Positions 1-9,659 of a DNA stretch of 64,000 bases are shown here, in pieces. Position 1 is the stretch's first letter. The number at the start of each line of letters is the position of its first letter. The position numbers and the translations under genes are program-made. The notes beneath the pieces are model-generated. The model was not told the origin of the DNA, searched no databases, and was given only the letters and a program-made list of their open reading frames with translations. The DNA is taken from assembly GCA_031260125.1 (NCBI GenBank), contig JAIRKM010000035.1:6130-70129 (forward strand). The letters run 5' to 3'. This stretch comes from Helicobacteraceae bacterium (GTDB lineage: Bacteria > Campylobacterota > Campylobacteria > Campylobacterales > SZUA-545).

Positions 1-347
1 GCTGTTCTGAGAGAGTTTTCAAATTGCAGACTGGGACCAAGCTGCATGGGGTTTCTTTTGGGTTTGACCGCCTCTACCTGCGGTTGTACCGGCACGGCGG
101 CAGTCTCCGCTTTTGGCGGCGCGATCGGCTCGGCTATAACAGGCGGCGGTGTCTCTTGTGCCGCCCTCGGCGCAGTCGGCGCAGTATTGACGATCGTCCG
201 CGCCTCATCTTCGGCAGGTTTGCTTAACAATATATAAGCGGTAACGGCGCCTAAAACCACCGCGGTGATCAGCGCCATAGAGCTTTTTATGTACTGTTTA
301 AGCTTGTAAAAAAACCAATCTCTTTCGAGCCGTTCTAGTCTATCCAT
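1..347 (-). CDS. CtsX/GspB-like single-pass membrane protein with Pro/Ala-rich periplasmic tail (partial, runs off window start)
   Basis: ATG at 347 (cat 345-347) overlaps the stop of the upstream AAA ATPase by 8 nt (ATGGATAG). Translation MDRLERLERDWFFYKLKQYIKSSMALITAVVLGAVTAYILL... then PAEDEARTIVNTAPTAPRAAQETPPPVIAEP, i.e. TM helix plus proline-rich region as in ExeB/GspB and CtsX partners of ExeA-type ATPases. No stop before position 1. Confidence 0.55.
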   Translation of the reverse strand, partial: MDRLERLERDWFFYKLKQYIKSSMALITAVVLGAVTAYILLSKPAEDEARTIVNTAPTAPRAAQETPPPVIAEPIAPPKAETAAVPVQPQVEAVKPKRNPMQLGPSLQFENSLRT

Positions 348-1143
348 CGATCATTCCTAACTCCAGCGCCGCCATCTCGACAAGGTACGGTTTATACCAT
401 GCGGGCAGTTTGTGCGGCTTTTGACTTTCTATATAGCTGAGCAAATCAAATATCCTATGCATCAGCCTATTGAGATCGCGAAGATTACCTTGCGTAAGCT
501 GATATATGCGCTCTAGCGCTTTTTTTTTAAAGCGATCGTAGTATTCCGGCATTTCGCCAAGCATCAATTTCGTCTCAATAAAGCGCCTGACCTCGTCCTG
601 ATCGATCGCCTTAAAATCCACCACCTCAAATGTGCGGGTTCTAAAGTGAGCTTTTGCCAGTATATCTTCCTCTCCCACGCGGTGTACCACAATCACAAAT
701 CGAAAAATCCCCTCGTTTGAGAGAACTCTAATCCACTCCATCTGATCTTCGCTGTAAAGCTGCGCCTCATCTAAAAGAATATATATGGGCGGCGGCTCTT
801 TGGCTCTGAACGCCGACAAAATCGTCTCCAAATCTTTGATGACGAGCTTTTCGCCGTACAGTTTTTCGTATATTGCGACAAGCCGCTCGACGCCGAACGT
901 GGCGCTGGGATATAAAAATATCGTATAAAGCTCGGCATGATCTTGGTAGAAGCGCCTCAGCACATAGCTTTTACCGGTGCCGGGCGCTCCCGTAAGAAGC
1001 AAAATTTTAAAGGGGTTGTTGAATGCGTTCTCAATCCGACTATAAGCTAGATTGGTACGCGAAAGTAAAACATAGTATGAATTACTTTCGCTGTCTTCAA
1101 AAAGCGTTTTTGCTTTCGCAAAAACCTTTTCGTCATTCATCAA
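340..1143 (-). CDS. ExeA/GspA-like AAA+ ATPase (CtsP-like) of a competence/T2SS-like system
   Basis: Walker A LLTGAPGTGKSYVL; size 267 aa; sits directly downstream of the secretin gene with an 11-nt overlap. Confidence 0.75.
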   Translation of the reverse strand: MMNDEKVFAKAKTLFEDSESNSYYVLLSRTNLAYSRIENAFNNPFKILLLTGAPGTGKSYVLRRFYQDHAELYTIFLYPSATFGVERLVAIYEKLYGEKLVIKDLETILSAFRAKEPPPIYILLDEAQLYSEDQMEWIRVLSNEGIFRFVIVVHRVGEEDILAKAHFRTRTFEVVDFKAIDQDEVRRFIETKLMLGEMPEYYDRFKKKALERIYQLTQGNLRDLNRLMHRIFDLLSYIESQKPHKLPAWYKPYLVEMAALELGMIDG

Positions 1144-2656
1144 AATCTTTCATCTTGGGCATATCGGAGGCGCTTGCTGGTATTAGCTGTTTTTTCACCT
1201 CTTCTCCATATCCAAGATCTTTAAGCGTCGGTCTCTTCGAATCGTCGTTCACTATGCGGGGAGAAAGCACAAACACAATTTCTTGCGTTTGATCGACGCT
1301 ACGTGTCGCGCCAAAGAGCTTGCCGAGGAACGGGATATCGCCCAACAGCGGAATCTTGCTTTCCGAAACCTGACTAAAGTTGCTGATCAACCCGCCAAGC
1401 ACAATCACCTCGCCATCGCGTACCCTTACTACTGAAGAGATGCTCCGCGTGACAGTGTCTGGCGCAACGTTTCTCGGCGCGGCTTGGTGGATTTTATCCT
1501 CCGCGTATTTAAGCTCGCTGATCGACGGATTCATTCGTAGCGTGATAAAGCCATCTTCGTCGATCTGCGGGGTGATGTCAAGAAGAACGCCCACAAATAT
1601 ACTCTGCTGCTCGGTGCTTTGCGTTGAGCTACCGCTAGAGGAGCCGGAAAGCGTCGTGCTTGAGGTTAGCAGATAGTTGATCGTATCGCCCACGCTGATC
1701 AAAGTGGGCTGATTGTTCATCGCCAGCACCTTAGGATTGGAGAGGGACCTTGTCTCGCCCTGCGTTTTCAAGAAGTTGATAAACGATCCCTTGAAGTTCA
1801 AGAGATTGGTGCCGCTTTCAGAAATAATAGCTCCAAACGCAAACGAGTGCGGAGGAGTGTCAACGCTATTCAAAATGTCGCGGTTATACTGATAGTCGCC
1901 GCTGTTTGCCTGAAACGGGAAAGCGCCCCAGTCAATACCGGTGTGTTTGTCGCCATCCAGCACAACGGAGATGATCTGAACGTCGATCAGCACCTGTTTC
2001 TTGAGCGATTTAAGCGTCTGATCGAGATAGTCGGCGACGCGATCGATCTGTTTACGGGTGCCGCTTACCGTAATAAGCCCACTGCTTGAATTGACCACAA
2101 CCGCGTTGCTACCGCCCGCTTTGTCTTCCGGACGGCTTACTATGGCAACAATTTCCTGCTCAATAGTGCCCCAAAGATCGAACTTCTCCTCCGTCTTTAT
2201 ACTGGTAGAGGTGTCGCCGGACGAGGTGTCCGAAGAGCCGCCGCTACTCGATCCCACGCCCGCCGCGCCGCCTATTTTGATGTCGGCGCTGCTGGTGCCC
2301 GATCGGCTGTTGCTGACAAAGTCGATCTTAAACACCCTCGTGTCAATGTACTTGATCGACAGCAAATCGCTCTCTAGCGTATAGTGCAGATTGGCGCGCT
2401 TCATTAGAAAGTCAATCGCCTCTTCCGCGTTCACGGCGCGTAGAGATATATATCCCACCATGGCGCTGTTGTATATCTCCGCTGTCGCGTCGCCATCAAG
2501 CGTCAAAGAGAGATCGCACTCGTCAATGATCGACAAAAGCGCGTCCTTCAGCCCAATCGGCTCTTTAACGGTTACATCAAACCTCTCGCCGGGACAAGCC
2601 GCGCTCAAGACCATAGCCGCCAATAATATAGTCGGTAACACCCTAACCAATTTCAT
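1133..2656 (-). CDS. Secretin (PilQ/GspD/CtsD family) outer-membrane channel
   Basis: Signal peptide, N-domains, and C-terminal secretin motif VIVLGGLISNFSQVSESKIPLLGDIPFLGKLFG; 507 aa. Confidence 0.88.
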   Translation of the reverse strand: MKLVRVLPTILLAAMVLSAACPGERFDVTVKEPIGLKDALLSIIDECDLSLTLDGDATAEIYNSAMVGYISLRAVNAEEAIDFLMKRANLHYTLESDLLSIKYIDTRVFKIDFVSNSRSGTSSADIKIGGAAGVGSSSGGSSDTSSGDTSTSIKTEEKFDLWGTIEQEIVAIVSRPEDKAGGSNAVVVNSSSGLITVSGTRKQIDRVADYLDQTLKSLKKQVLIDVQIISVVLDGDKHTGIDWGAFPFQANSGDYQYNRDILNSVDTPPHSFAFGAIISESGTNLLNFKGSFINFLKTQGETRSLSNPKVLAMNNQPTLISVGDTINYLLTSSTTLSGSSSGSSTQSTEQQSIFVGVLLDITPQIDEDGFITLRMNPSISELKYAEDKIHQAAPRNVAPDTVTRSISSVVRVRDGEVIVLGGLISNFSQVSESKIPLLGDIPFLGKLFGATRSVDQTQEIVFVLSPRIVNDDSKRPTLKDLGYGEEVKKQLIPASASDMPKMKDFDE

Positions 2657-3087
2657 TTTGCTCCCCCCACTTTAGTAAGAAATTTGTTCTCTACGCCGCT
2701 TGTCAGCAAAAGCGTTCGCGTTCTGCCGTCTTTCCTGAGAATGACCGAGTCGGTCATAATCGCCTCCACTCTCCAGCCGCTTATCGCCAGCTCGCCTTTC
2801 TTTTTCCACTCGCCGTTGATCATCGCCTTCTTGCCGATCACCGATTCGAGCTTAGGCTCAAGCGAAACGATCTGAACCGTCTGATTGTTTTCGTCCAATC
2901 GCGGCGGGTAATAGAAGGGGTTCTTAAACTGCGGCAATGGCGGATTCGCCACGCTTTTGATCTCTACTATTTTTTCGTCAATGTTTGCCTTCTCAGCCGG
3001 AATCGGTTGAACCGGATCGTCAGCAAACAGGAGCAAAAATGCCCCAGCGCACAACAGAAAGACTATTTTTCTCATTGTAACCCCCAA
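2653..3087 (-). CDS. PilP-like small periplasmic/lipoprotein component of the secretin assembly
   Basis: 144 aa, N-terminal signal peptide (FLLCAGAFLLLFA), position between the PilO-like gene and the secretin, 4-nt overlap with secretin start. Confidence 0.5.
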   Translation of the reverse strand: MGVTMRKIVFLLCAGAFLLLFADDPVQPIPAEKANIDEKIVEIKSVANPPLPQFKNPFYYPPRLDENNQTVQIVSLEPKLESVIGKKAMINGEWKKKGELAISGWRVEAIMTDSVILRKDGRTRTLLLTSGVENKFLTKVGGAK

Positions 3088-3719
3088 AGTTCAGTCGTAA
3101 CGTCAAAGGCTAGTCTGTGATCCTCGTCGATTGTGAGGTTGAGCTTACTAATCGGCGTTACCTTCTCTCTAGCTGTCTCCAGTCCGTACAGATACTGCAT
3201 CACGGCGTTGAATCCGCCCCTGCCTTGAAGATCGATCTCCATCACGGGCGCAAACCCTGTCTTGGTCGGCAATATCCTATTCTCCTGAACAACCAGCGCC
3301 AGACTGCGATCCGCCGCCAGCTTTGTAACAAAGTTCAACTGATCCGCCCACTCTTCCGTGCTGAAAAATAAATAGGACATTGCGCTAAGCTCGCGGAAGA
3401 GATAGTCTTTGGTAGTGTCAAACTCTATCGTTTCTATCTCAAGCTGGACGATCTCGTTGCGCAGGTCTTCAACCTCCGCTTTGAGGCTGCCGCCTTGATA
3501 CTGCGCGAGCTGACTTACGTTTTGATTGTAGGTCTTTACCGACTTAGTACTCATCGCCTCCACTTTGGGAATCGCAAAAAAGTAAACAAGCGCCAACAGA
3601 GCAACCGGAATTCCCAGAGCGAATAAACGGATTTCACTGCCTTTACGCTGCTCAATCCACGCGTCTAGCTTGTTGACAGCATCGTCAAACTTAACGGAAA
3701 GTTCCTGTAATTTGCTCAT
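3072..3719 (-). CDS. PilO/GspM-like bitopic inner-membrane protein
   Basis: 215 aa; short cytoplasmic N-terminus, one TM (LFALGIPVALLALVYFFAIP), coiled-coil then periplasmic domain; operon position. Confidence 0.5.
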   Translation of the reverse strand: MSKLQELSVKFDDAVNKLDAWIEQRKGSEIRLFALGIPVALLALVYFFAIPKVEAMSTKSVKTYNQNVSQLAQYQGGSLKAEVEDLRNEIVQLEIETIEFDTTKDYLFRELSAMSYLFFSTEEWADQLNFVTKLAADRSLALVVQENRILPTKTGFAPVMEIDLQGRGGFNAVMQYLYGLETAREKVTPISKLNLTIDEDHRLAFDVTTELWGLQ

Positions 3720-5236
3720 TTTATGCTCACTTTCAGCTCGGCGGAAAATTTACCATTTTCGAGCTTAATAATTTTTTGCAATGTCGGCTCATAAGCATTT
3801 CTGGCAAGCTGATCCAACAGCGCCGTTATCTGAGTGTCGCGGTAGGCATCCAGCGCCGCCGTTACCTGCCGTCCTTTGAGCGAGATGTTCGTTACTTTAA
3901 TACTGTGTGCGCTCAGAAGGTTGTACAGCGTCGCGAATTGCAGCGCGACCGGTTCCATACCCACTCTTTTTTCGTGAATCGTCGCAAGCAGATTGACGGA
4001 GTCTCTATAGGCGCTCTCCGCCCCGTTCCTCGCCGTCCGCTTACTATCGCGCTCCGAGATAAGCTGATTTTTCAGCGCGAGCAACATATCAAACTCGGCT
4101 TTGCTACTCTGCAATTTCGCATACTCCGCGTCCGATCTGTAATCGTAGTAGTAGCTCTTCGCTATGTAAAAGCCAGGCCACGCAATCGCCGCGATGACTG
4201 AAGCGGCTACTAGAAAGATCGCCTTTCCCGCCGGTCTGGAGATGAGCGAACCGGGACGCTTATGAGGCGTTACGTTGAGCGGGTTAGCGTTGAAGCCGTT
4301 GAAGATGTTCTCGCCCTCAAGTAGCGCCAAAAGCGCCATCTGATCCATATAGCGGTCATTTTGATTGAAGAACGAGGTGTAGAAGATGAACTCGTGCCCT
4401 TCTATGCCCAGTATCTCCTGCGCGATGTCTTCCAGCCCTGGAACGATACCTTCACAGGTGCCTATATACACCCGATCGGGCTCTGTAATGCCAGATACCC
4501 GCCCCGCGTATAGGAGGATGTTTTTCACGCTGTAAAGAGCGTTGCTAATCGCCTCTCTGATGTTGGTGAGAACTGTCGTCGCGAGTTCGTCCTGTACGTT
4601 GCTTGGATCGATGAGTATCTTAACGAACTCCTCGTATTCGATCCGTTCGCCGCTCAACTGCACGTAGCTTTCACGCAGTTTTTTCAGCCCGTAGTCCTGA
4701 TTCTTCCCATAAACGAATTCGCCGTTGTCAAAGATAGAAATGATCAGCGTGTCGCGCTGGAAATAAACGAATATGTCCTTTTTCGGCTCAATGACATTCG
4801 CGTTGTACAGCGCGTATGGCAGTGAACTCAGCGGAAGAAGCGTATCGACAAACGTAATTTTGGGGGCAAGAGGCGTAATGGCGTTTTCCAGCGCGCCCAT
4901 TGACACCGCGATCGCACTTATGGTAAGCATCCTCGCGTCCTGATAGCTGACGCGTTTTGAAAATGCCGTCTTGTACTCCAGCATCGGATTGAGACCGGCA
5001 TCCTGAAACATCCGTATCTCCACCGATTCTTGTAGCTGTTCGGACGTCAGGTCTTTTTGAATGTCGAACTGATAAAAGACGGTCTCGCGATCCGCGACAG
5101 TCGAAACGACATAACCGGGATTTATCACATCCGCAACAGCGGTTCTCCTTACGCTTCCACCGTCCAACTCCCAGCACTTATCGCCGGCTCCGGTAAAAGC
5201 AACGATGGTTCCTTGCGAAAGCTTATTCTTAGCCAA
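3716..5236 (-). CDS. PilM-PilN (GspL-like) fusion: cytoplasmic actin-like domain + TM + periplasmic domain
   Basis: 506 aa; roughly 320 aa cytoplasmic domain, one TM (AIFLVAASVIAAIAWPGFYIA), coiled-coil C-terminal part; 4-nt overlap with the PilO-like gene. Confidence 0.5.
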   Translation of the reverse strand: MAKNKLSQGTIVAFTGAGDKCWELDGGSVRRTAVADVINPGYVVSTVADRETVFYQFDIQKDLTSEQLQESVEIRMFQDAGLNPMLEYKTAFSKRVSYQDARMLTISAIAVSMGALENAITPLAPKITFVDTLLPLSSLPYALYNANVIEPKKDIFVYFQRDTLIISIFDNGEFVYGKNQDYGLKKLRESYVQLSGERIEYEEFVKILIDPSNVQDELATTVLTNIREAISNALYSVKNILLYAGRVSGITEPDRVYIGTCEGIVPGLEDIAQEILGIEGHEFIFYTSFFNQNDRYMDQMALLALLEGENIFNGFNANPLNVTPHKRPGSLISRPAGKAIFLVAASVIAAIAWPGFYIAKSYYYDYRSDAEYAKLQSSKAEFDMLLALKNQLISERDSKRTARNGAESAYRDSVNLLATIHEKRVGMEPVALQFATLYNLLSAHSIKVTNISLKGRQVTAALDAYRDTQITALLDQLARNAYEPTLQKIIKLENGKFSAELKVSIK

Positions 5237-5266
5237 CCCAACCTCCTTTTGCGTTTGTTCCTTCGC

Positions 5267-6256
5267 TCAATTCTCGGATACGATCAAGAAACGACCGTTT
5301 TCCTTGCGCAGATACAGCTCTTTCGTTTTGCTGGACTTGTGCTGTTCAGCCGTATAATCTTGCCATAATCTCGCTCGGTACATAATATCACCGAACGAAT
5401 TAGGATATGGCACGACTTCGAAATTAGAGAATAGTATCACCTTTTTGTATTTTTTTGCAAATATGGCTCTTTTCCCGCGCTCAAATTCAGCTCGCGAAAG
5501 CCCGTTGGAGCGCTTGAAATCCGCAGAATACAAGCTCAAGTAACTTTCAATGTTGCTCTCCTTCCAATCGTGCCGCCACTGGTAAAGCAGCGCCATTATC
5601 TCCGCTAGGTCGCCCTTTTCCGCCTCTACCACGCCGGATTCGTTGATCATTAAAACGATGTTTTCCGGCTTCGCCTCCGCCTGCAACCGCGTGATCAGGT
5701 CGTTGTCAACCGCGATGCAGCCCTTCGTATTTTCGTCGTCCCGCGCGCCGTTAAGCGGCATGCCGTGAAGCCAGATGCCGTGTCCCGTCTTGCCGAGTTT
5801 TCTGTCCAGATCGTTCGGATAATTTGTGGTGAAGGCGTATGGTCCGTAGTACGGGTCGAGTCCCTTCGACAGCAGAGAAAGGATGCGGTAACTTCCGACA
5901 GGGGTCTTCTTGTCCCCCTCGCGGAATTTGTCGCCTTTGGAATCGCCCATCACGACGCTGTATTCGCCATCAGGTATAACCGTGCCGCCCTCGTACTTAT
6001 ATATAGAAAGAGAGGCTTTTGACTTGTCAACGACAAAAAGAAACTTTCGCGAATCTTGAAAATAGCCAAATCTGGTATTGATCGGTTCCATTTTTTTGAG
6101 CCAGTAGTCTTTCTCCGTCAGCAACGTTCCAATGCGTTCTTCTACAGCACCAATGCCACTCTCCAGATAAAGATCAACCAGCTCGTTCGCGTTAAGCAAT
6201 GTTGAAAATAACGCGCATGCGCATAGCAACCGCTTCAATCTCGCCTCCAAATTCAA
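5267..6256 (-). CDS. csd6: L,D-carboxypeptidase / L,D-transpeptidase-fold cell-shape protein (Csd6/Pgp2-like)
   Basis: Signal peptide; YkuD catalytic motif HGIWLHGMPLNGARDDENTKGCIAVDND; 329 aa with C-terminal NTF2-like extension; located directly downstream of era as in H. pylori HP0517-HP0518. Confidence 0.75.
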   Translation of the reverse strand: MNLEARLKRLLCACALFSTLLNANELVDLYLESGIGAVEERIGTLLTEKDYWLKKMEPINTRFGYFQDSRKFLFVVDKSKASLSIYKYEGGTVIPDGEYSVVMGDSKGDKFREGDKKTPVGSYRILSLLSKGLDPYYGPYAFTTNYPNDLDRKLGKTGHGIWLHGMPLNGARDDENTKGCIAVDNDLITRLQAEAKPENIVLMINESGVVEAEKGDLAEIMALLYQWRHDWKESNIESYLSLYSADFKRSNGLSRAEFERGKRAIFAKKYKKVILFSNFEVVPYPNSFGDIMYRARLWQDYTAEQHKSSKTKELYLRKENGRFLIVSEN

Positions 6257-7140
6257 GAATCGTAGCCAAACTTTGCTAAATTTATCGTGCCGTTCCTCCA
6301 GTTTTCCATTATTTCTACCGAAAGGCTTAAAAAAACCTTTTTGCCTAAAAAACGCTCGATCATCTCTCGAGAACGCGATCCCACACGTTTTATGGCGCTT
6401 CCGCCGCTACCGATAACGATCGCCTTCTGCGATTCCTTCTCCACTACAACGCGGGCGTAAATCTTGTCAATCCGTTGCCCCTCGCTGAACGAATCGACGA
6501 TCACATCGGCGGAGTACGGCACCTCGTCGCTGAGCTTGTCAAAAAGCGCCTCTCGGATCATCTCTTTGCATATCTCTCTGACGCTTAGATCGGTAAGTTC
6601 GTCTGGATCGTAGTAAAACGGATGTTCGGGCAGGTGTTTCACCGTCTCCTCCAAAAGCGCCGCAAAATCGCCTCTTTTCGCGCTGATAGGCACAAGACCC
6701 AAAAACCTCGCGGAAAACGGCTGATAACGCGCTATGCGCCTTAGGCGCTCCTGCAAGGTGAAGTTGTCCATTTTGGTCAGCACTACGATGTGCGGGAGGC
6801 GGCAGACAGCCAGAAACCGCTCGTAGGCTGCGGTGTCATCCGCCATATCCGCGAGAAAATACACCAAATCCGCCTCTTGAAGCGATCTCATCATCTCCTT
6901 TTGCATAAACTCGTCGAGCTTGCGCCCTCTCTTTTCAATGCCGGGCGTGTCGATCAAAACGATCTGCGCGTCTTTGTAGGTAACGATCGCCTTTTGACGC
7001 TTGCGGGTTGCGCCCGCTTTGTGGCTTACAAGCGCGATCCGCTCTTTCAATATCGCGTTGATCAGCGTGCTTTTGCCGGCGTTCGTCCTGCCGATTACCG
7101 CTACAAAGCCCGCCTTAGAGGATGTAGCGCGCCGCATCAT
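6253..7140 (-). CDS. era: GTPase Era
   Basis: G1 motif GRTNAGKSTLIN, G domain plus C-terminal KH domain. The start is probably the internal Met (MRRATSSKAGFVAV...) rather than the track start at 7149; exact start uncertain. Confidence 0.9.
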   Translation of the reverse strand: MMRRATSSKAGFVAVIGRTNAGKSTLINAILKERIALVSHKAGATRKRQKAIVTYKDAQIVLIDTPGIEKRGRKLDEFMQKEMMRSLQEADLVYFLADMADDTAAYERFLAVCRLPHIVVLTKMDNFTLQERLRRIARYQPFSARFLGLVPISAKRGDFAALLEETVKHLPEHPFYYDPDELTDLSVREICKEMIREALFDKLSDEVPYSADVIVDSFSEGQRIDKIYARVVVEKESQKAIVIGSGGSAIKRVGSRSREMIERFLGKKVFLSLSVEIMENWRNGTINLAKFGYDS

Positions 7141-8446
7141 CGCTCTCAAAAATCCGATCTAGCTTTTCGTGAATCATATCGGCGGTGATCACTATGTCCT
7201 TGCCGCTGTTCTCGTCGGCCTCAAAGCTGATCTCTTCCAGCGCTTTTTCCATTACGGTGTGAAGCCTCCGTGCGCCTATGTCCTCCGTCTTTTCGTTCGC
7301 CTGCCTCGCTAAATTTGCCATCGCCCTAAGCGCGCTCTCCTCAAAAGAGAGATTTACCCCATCGACAGCCATCAGAGCGCTGTATTGCCTCACGATGGAG
7401 TTTTTAGGCGCGATGAGTATCTGATAGAGCGCCTCCTCGTCCAACGGATACATCTCTACTCGAATCGGAAAGCGCCCTTGCAGCTCGGCGATCAGATCGC
7501 TAGGCTTTGCCTGATGAAACGCGCCCGCGCCTATAAAAAGAATATGCTCGGTGTTTATGGCGCCGTATTTGGTGCTTACGCTGCTGCCCTCGACGATCGG
7601 CAGAAGATCGCGCTGCACCCCCTCCTTGCTAGGATCGCCCCGCGTCGCCGCGCCGCTTGGAAGCGCAATCTTGTCCATCTCGTCAATGAAGATGATACCG
7701 CCCTCCTCCGCGCGCGAGATCGCCTCCCTTCTGATCTTTTCCATATCGAGAAGCCGATCGTTCGCCTCCTGCTTGAGCAGCTCTTTTGCCTCTTTGACGC
7801 TTACCTCTTTTTTGATCGGCTGATTCATCTGCGAAAACATTCTCGACAGCGAATCTTGCACCTTTAGAAGCTCAGGCGGCAGACCATCCGCGCCGGCGAA
7901 CTCGACATGCGTTTTCGGCGACACCTCAACGGCGATCGTCAGGCTGTCCATCTCGCCACCTTGAACCTTCTGCTTCATAGCCTCGCGCTGCGCTCTGTGC
8001 TGTTCAAGGAGAGTCTGCGGCGATCCCTTAGGCAACGGCGGTAGCAACTCGTCGGCAATCTTTCCCAAAATGTAGCTGTCCAACTCTGGAGCTTGCTTTG
8101 CCATCTCCTCCTCGCGGACGATTTTCATAGCGTCCAGCGCCAGATCGCGCACCATCGATTCCACATCGCGCCCCACAAAGCCGACCTCCGTGTATTTTGT
8201 CGCCTCCACCTTGACAAACGGCAGTTTGAGGAGTTTTGCCATTCTGCGCGCGATCTCGGTCTTGCCAATGCCGGTTGAGCCGATCATCAGTATGTTTTTG
8301 GGTAGAACCTCATCTCTTATGTCGCCCTCTAGCCTCAGCCTGCGGTAACGGTTGCGAAGCGCGATCGCGATCGCCTTTTTCGCTTCGCCTTGACCGATAA
8401 TAAAATCGTCCAGATAGGCGACTATCTGCTTGGGAGTTAAGTCCAT
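7115..8446 (-). CDS. hslU: ATP-dependent protease ATPase subunit HslU
   Basis: N-terminus MDLTPKQIVAYLDDFIIGQGEAKKAIAIALRNRYRR, Walker A GSTGIGKTEIARR; 443 aa. Confidence 0.95.
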   Translation of the reverse strand: MDLTPKQIVAYLDDFIIGQGEAKKAIAIALRNRYRRLRLEGDIRDEVLPKNILMIGSTGIGKTEIARRMAKLLKLPFVKVEATKYTEVGFVGRDVESMVRDLALDAMKIVREEEMAKQAPELDSYILGKIADELLPPLPKGSPQTLLEQHRAQREAMKQKVQGGEMDSLTIAVEVSPKTHVEFAGADGLPPELLKVQDSLSRMFSQMNQPIKKEVSVKEAKELLKQEANDRLLDMEKIRREAISRAEEGGIIFIDEMDKIALPSGAATRGDPSKEGVQRDLLPIVEGSSVSTKYGAINTEHILFIGAGAFHQAKPSDLIAELQGRFPIRVEMYPLDEEALYQILIAPKNSIVRQYSALMAVDGVNLSFEESALRAMANLARQANEKTEDIGARRLHTVMEKALEEISFEADENSGKDIVITADMIHEKLDRIFESDDAARYIL

Positions 8447-8447
8447 T

Positions 8448-8984
8448 TTACGCTTTCAAAGTCAGTAGTTTGATATTTTGGTTGGTGTAGATACAGATTT
8501 CGCCCGCGATCCGCAGCGACTCCTCCACCAGCGCTTCAGCCGAAAGAGCGCTGTGCCTTTTAAGCGCCCTCGCGGCGCTGAGCGCATACATCCCGCCGCT
8601 GCCGATAGCGGCTAGAGCGGCATCCTCAGGCTCGACAACGTCGCCCGTTCCGCTCAGTATGTACAGATGCTTGGTATCCAGCACGAGCATCATCGCCTCC
8701 AAACGGCGCAACATCTTGTCCTGCCTCCACGTCTTGGCAAAGGCGATGACCGACTTATACAGATCGCCCCTTTGCGCTTCAAGCGTTTTCTCAAACATGT
8801 CGTTGAGCGTAAAGGCGTCGGCGGTGGAACCGGCAAAGCCTGAAAGCGCCGCGCCGCCCCTTAGCAGACGTATCTTCTCGGCGTTGTTTTTCAGCACCGT
8901 ACTGCCAAAGGTAACCTGTCCGTCCCCGCCGATCACCGCCATTTCGTCCGTGCGGTAAGCCAGTATTGTCGTCGCCTCAAACAT
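8448..8984 (-). CDS. hslV: ATP-dependent protease subunit HslV
   Basis: 178 aa Ntn-hydrolase; [10 protein letters not shown]... [23 protein letters not shown]. Confidence 0.93.
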   Translation of the reverse strand: MFEATTILAYRTDEMAVIGGDGQVTFGSTVLKNNAEKIRLLRGGAALSGFAGSTADAFTLNDMFEKTLEAQRGDLYKSVIAFAKTWRQDKMLRRLEAMMLVLDTKHLYILSGTGDVVEPEDAALAAIGSGGMYALSAARALKRHSALSAEALVEESLRIAGEICIYTNQNIKLLTLKA

Positions 8985-9425
8985 CTATTCGCTTGCCACT
9001 TCGACCGTGAATTTCGGATGGAGTCCGAAGCCGATTTTCGCGCCGACTTCGTAGTTGCCTACTGCCTTGATCGTGTCCATTTCAATATCCCTCTTGTCGA
9101 TCTCAAAGCCATTCGCCTTGAGCGCCTCGGCGACATCCTCTTTTTTGAGCGCTCCAAACAGCGAGCCGTTCGCCCCCACCTTTTTGACGACTTTAAAGCT
9201 GAAACTCTCTAGTTTTTTGGCAAGTTCCTTAGCCTGTTTTATCTCCGCTTCCTGCGCTTCCAAACGCCTCTTTTCCTGCGTCTGAAACTGCCTTACAGAC
9301 GCGTCGTTTGCCGCTTTCGCAAAGCCTTTGCTGATCAAAAAATTCTGTCCGTAGCCATCTTTTACCTCTTTAATCTCACCCGTTCTGCCCAGATTTTTCA
9401 CGTCTTTGATCAATAGTACCTTCAA
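8985..9425 (-). CDS. rplI: 50S ribosomal protein L9
   Basis: Conserved L9 N-terminus LKVLLIKDVKNLGRTGEIKEVKDGYGQNFLI starts at a TTG (9425-9423) preceded by AAAAGGGGGAG. The track ORF start (ATG 9479) adds 18 non-conserved residues and has no SD. Confidence 0.85.
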   Translation of the reverse strand: MKVLLIKDVKNLGRTGEIKEVKDGYGQNFLISKGFAKAANDASVRQFQTQEKRRLEAQEAEIKQAKELAKKLESFSFKVVKKVGANGSLFGALKKEDVAEALKANGFEIDKRDIEMDTIKAVGNYEVGAKIGFGLHPKFTVEVASE

Positions 9426-9490
9426 AACTCCCCCTTTTACAGCTTGTGGTAAAATGGCTGATTTTAACACGAATGGCATAAGGGCGGGGA

Positions 9491-9659
9491 CGTGTCGGTT
9501 GTCAAGAAAATTGAGCTACTGGTTCAAGAGGTGAAAAGTCTGCGAAGCGAGAATGAGAAACTTAAAGAAAGAGCGAAGATCAAAGACGAAAAACTAGCGG
9601 CTATTGCCAAAGGGGTCGATTCCGCACTCAACGGCGCAGTTAAAAAGGAGAAGCGATGA
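9491..9659 (+). CDS. Small (55 aa) coiled-coil protein, ZapB-like in character; not in the ORF track (<60 aa)
   Basis: GTG at 9491 after GGGGA; translation VSVVKKIELLVQEVKSLRSENEKLKERAKIKDEKLAAIAKGVDSALNGAVKKEKR; stop TGA overlaps the ATG of the next gene (ATGA). Confidence 0.4.
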
